The notes beneath the pieces are model-generated. The model was not told the origin of the DNA. It did no database searches and was given only the letters and a program-made list of their open reading frames with translations. Of a stretch of 64,000 nt of DNA, positions 63,477-64,000 are shown piece after piece. Both the position numbers and the translations under genes were made by a program. Where the stretch lies: NCBI GenBank assembly GCA_038087875.1, contig CM076001.1, positions 1,674,001 to 1,738,000 on the forward strand, given 5' to 3'. How positions within the stretch are numbered: the first letter of the stretch is position 1; each line of letters starts with the position of its first letter. The DNA is from Malacoraja senta (lineage: Eukaryota).

Positions 63477-63546
63477 ACGCATACGCCCGGTAATGGACCT
63501 GTCTACGCCGTTTATTATTCAATTCTTGCAACTTTCGCTGTTCCAG
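63477..63546 (+). pseudogene. GPCR-5 exon 1 with start codon mutated to ACG (THTPGNGPVYAVYYSILATFAVP); exon 2 expected beyond the window
   Basis: Aligns without gaps to the exons at 15904 and 28032. The donor CCAG|gtaaaa is intact and the upstream promoter segment is missing. Confidence 0.85.
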
Positions 63547-64000
63547 GTAAAATGCGATTTAACAAGGGGGGCAACGAAGGCCTTCGTAATTGGTTGTCTT
63601 TTTCTTTTTTTGTTATTTATGGAGCGTTTCTTTACGAATTGTGCAGAAACAAATTGCTCGTTTATTAGTTCTCTGTTTTGTTTCTGAAAAATATAAATGT
63701 AATCAAGTCTCGGAAAGCAGGGAAAATGCTAATGTTTTTGCGAGCACAGATTGGAGCGTTCTGCCATCACTGGCGCTCCAACTCTGCCGACTGCTGTGCG
63801 CGGGACTCGAGAGGCTGTGGGGAGAGGGGGGGAATTTCCTCGTACAACAAGCTTACGACGTAGAGGAAATCCCGTTCTGTAATCCGTTCGCATTTTTTTT
63901 CAACACGTTGCTGGTCTATTGAATCTCCGGATTTGAAAGTCGCGGCTCAAATTCAAGGCCTTCAAAATCACGAATCGCAAGTTCAGCACTAAACAAAAGG

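Larger units (their letters stand above)
58100..63752 (+). repeat. Segmental duplicate C (V-3 plus GPCR-5 exon 1), paralogous to 7410-16190
   Basis: Collinear with copy A apart from several insertions and deletions. Confidence 0.92.

Overview
Vertebrate genomic DNA, almost certainly from a cartilaginous fish. The CR1/SINE/Penelope repeat content and the receptor families suggest a skate or ray; that is inference, not a database result. There is a 436-N assembly gap at 14060-14495. About half the window is retroelement debris (CR1, L1, L2/Crack, Rex-like, Penelope, tRNA-derived SINEs) plus one clean non-autonomous Helitron. The unique DNA holds two interleaved gene families. (1) Five paralogous two-exon GPR139/GPR142-like class A GPCR loci: three intact (1156-4628 minus, 28032-30586, 49588-52032), one with a +1 frameshift (15904-18194) and one start-less exon 1 (63477-63546). 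(2) T-cell receptor alpha/delta-type V gene segments with leader exon, V exon and 23-type recombination signal: one frameshifted (11508-12514), two with open frames (55423-55866, 61011-61490), and a probable truncated fourth (52913-53141). Shared flanking DNA shows that a V segment and a GPCR gene were duplicated together as one cassette. All four complete GPCR sequences replace the class A toggle Trp6.48 with Arg/Lys and carry Glu/Asp at the facing 7.42 position. Repeat boundaries marked approx. were set by eye.
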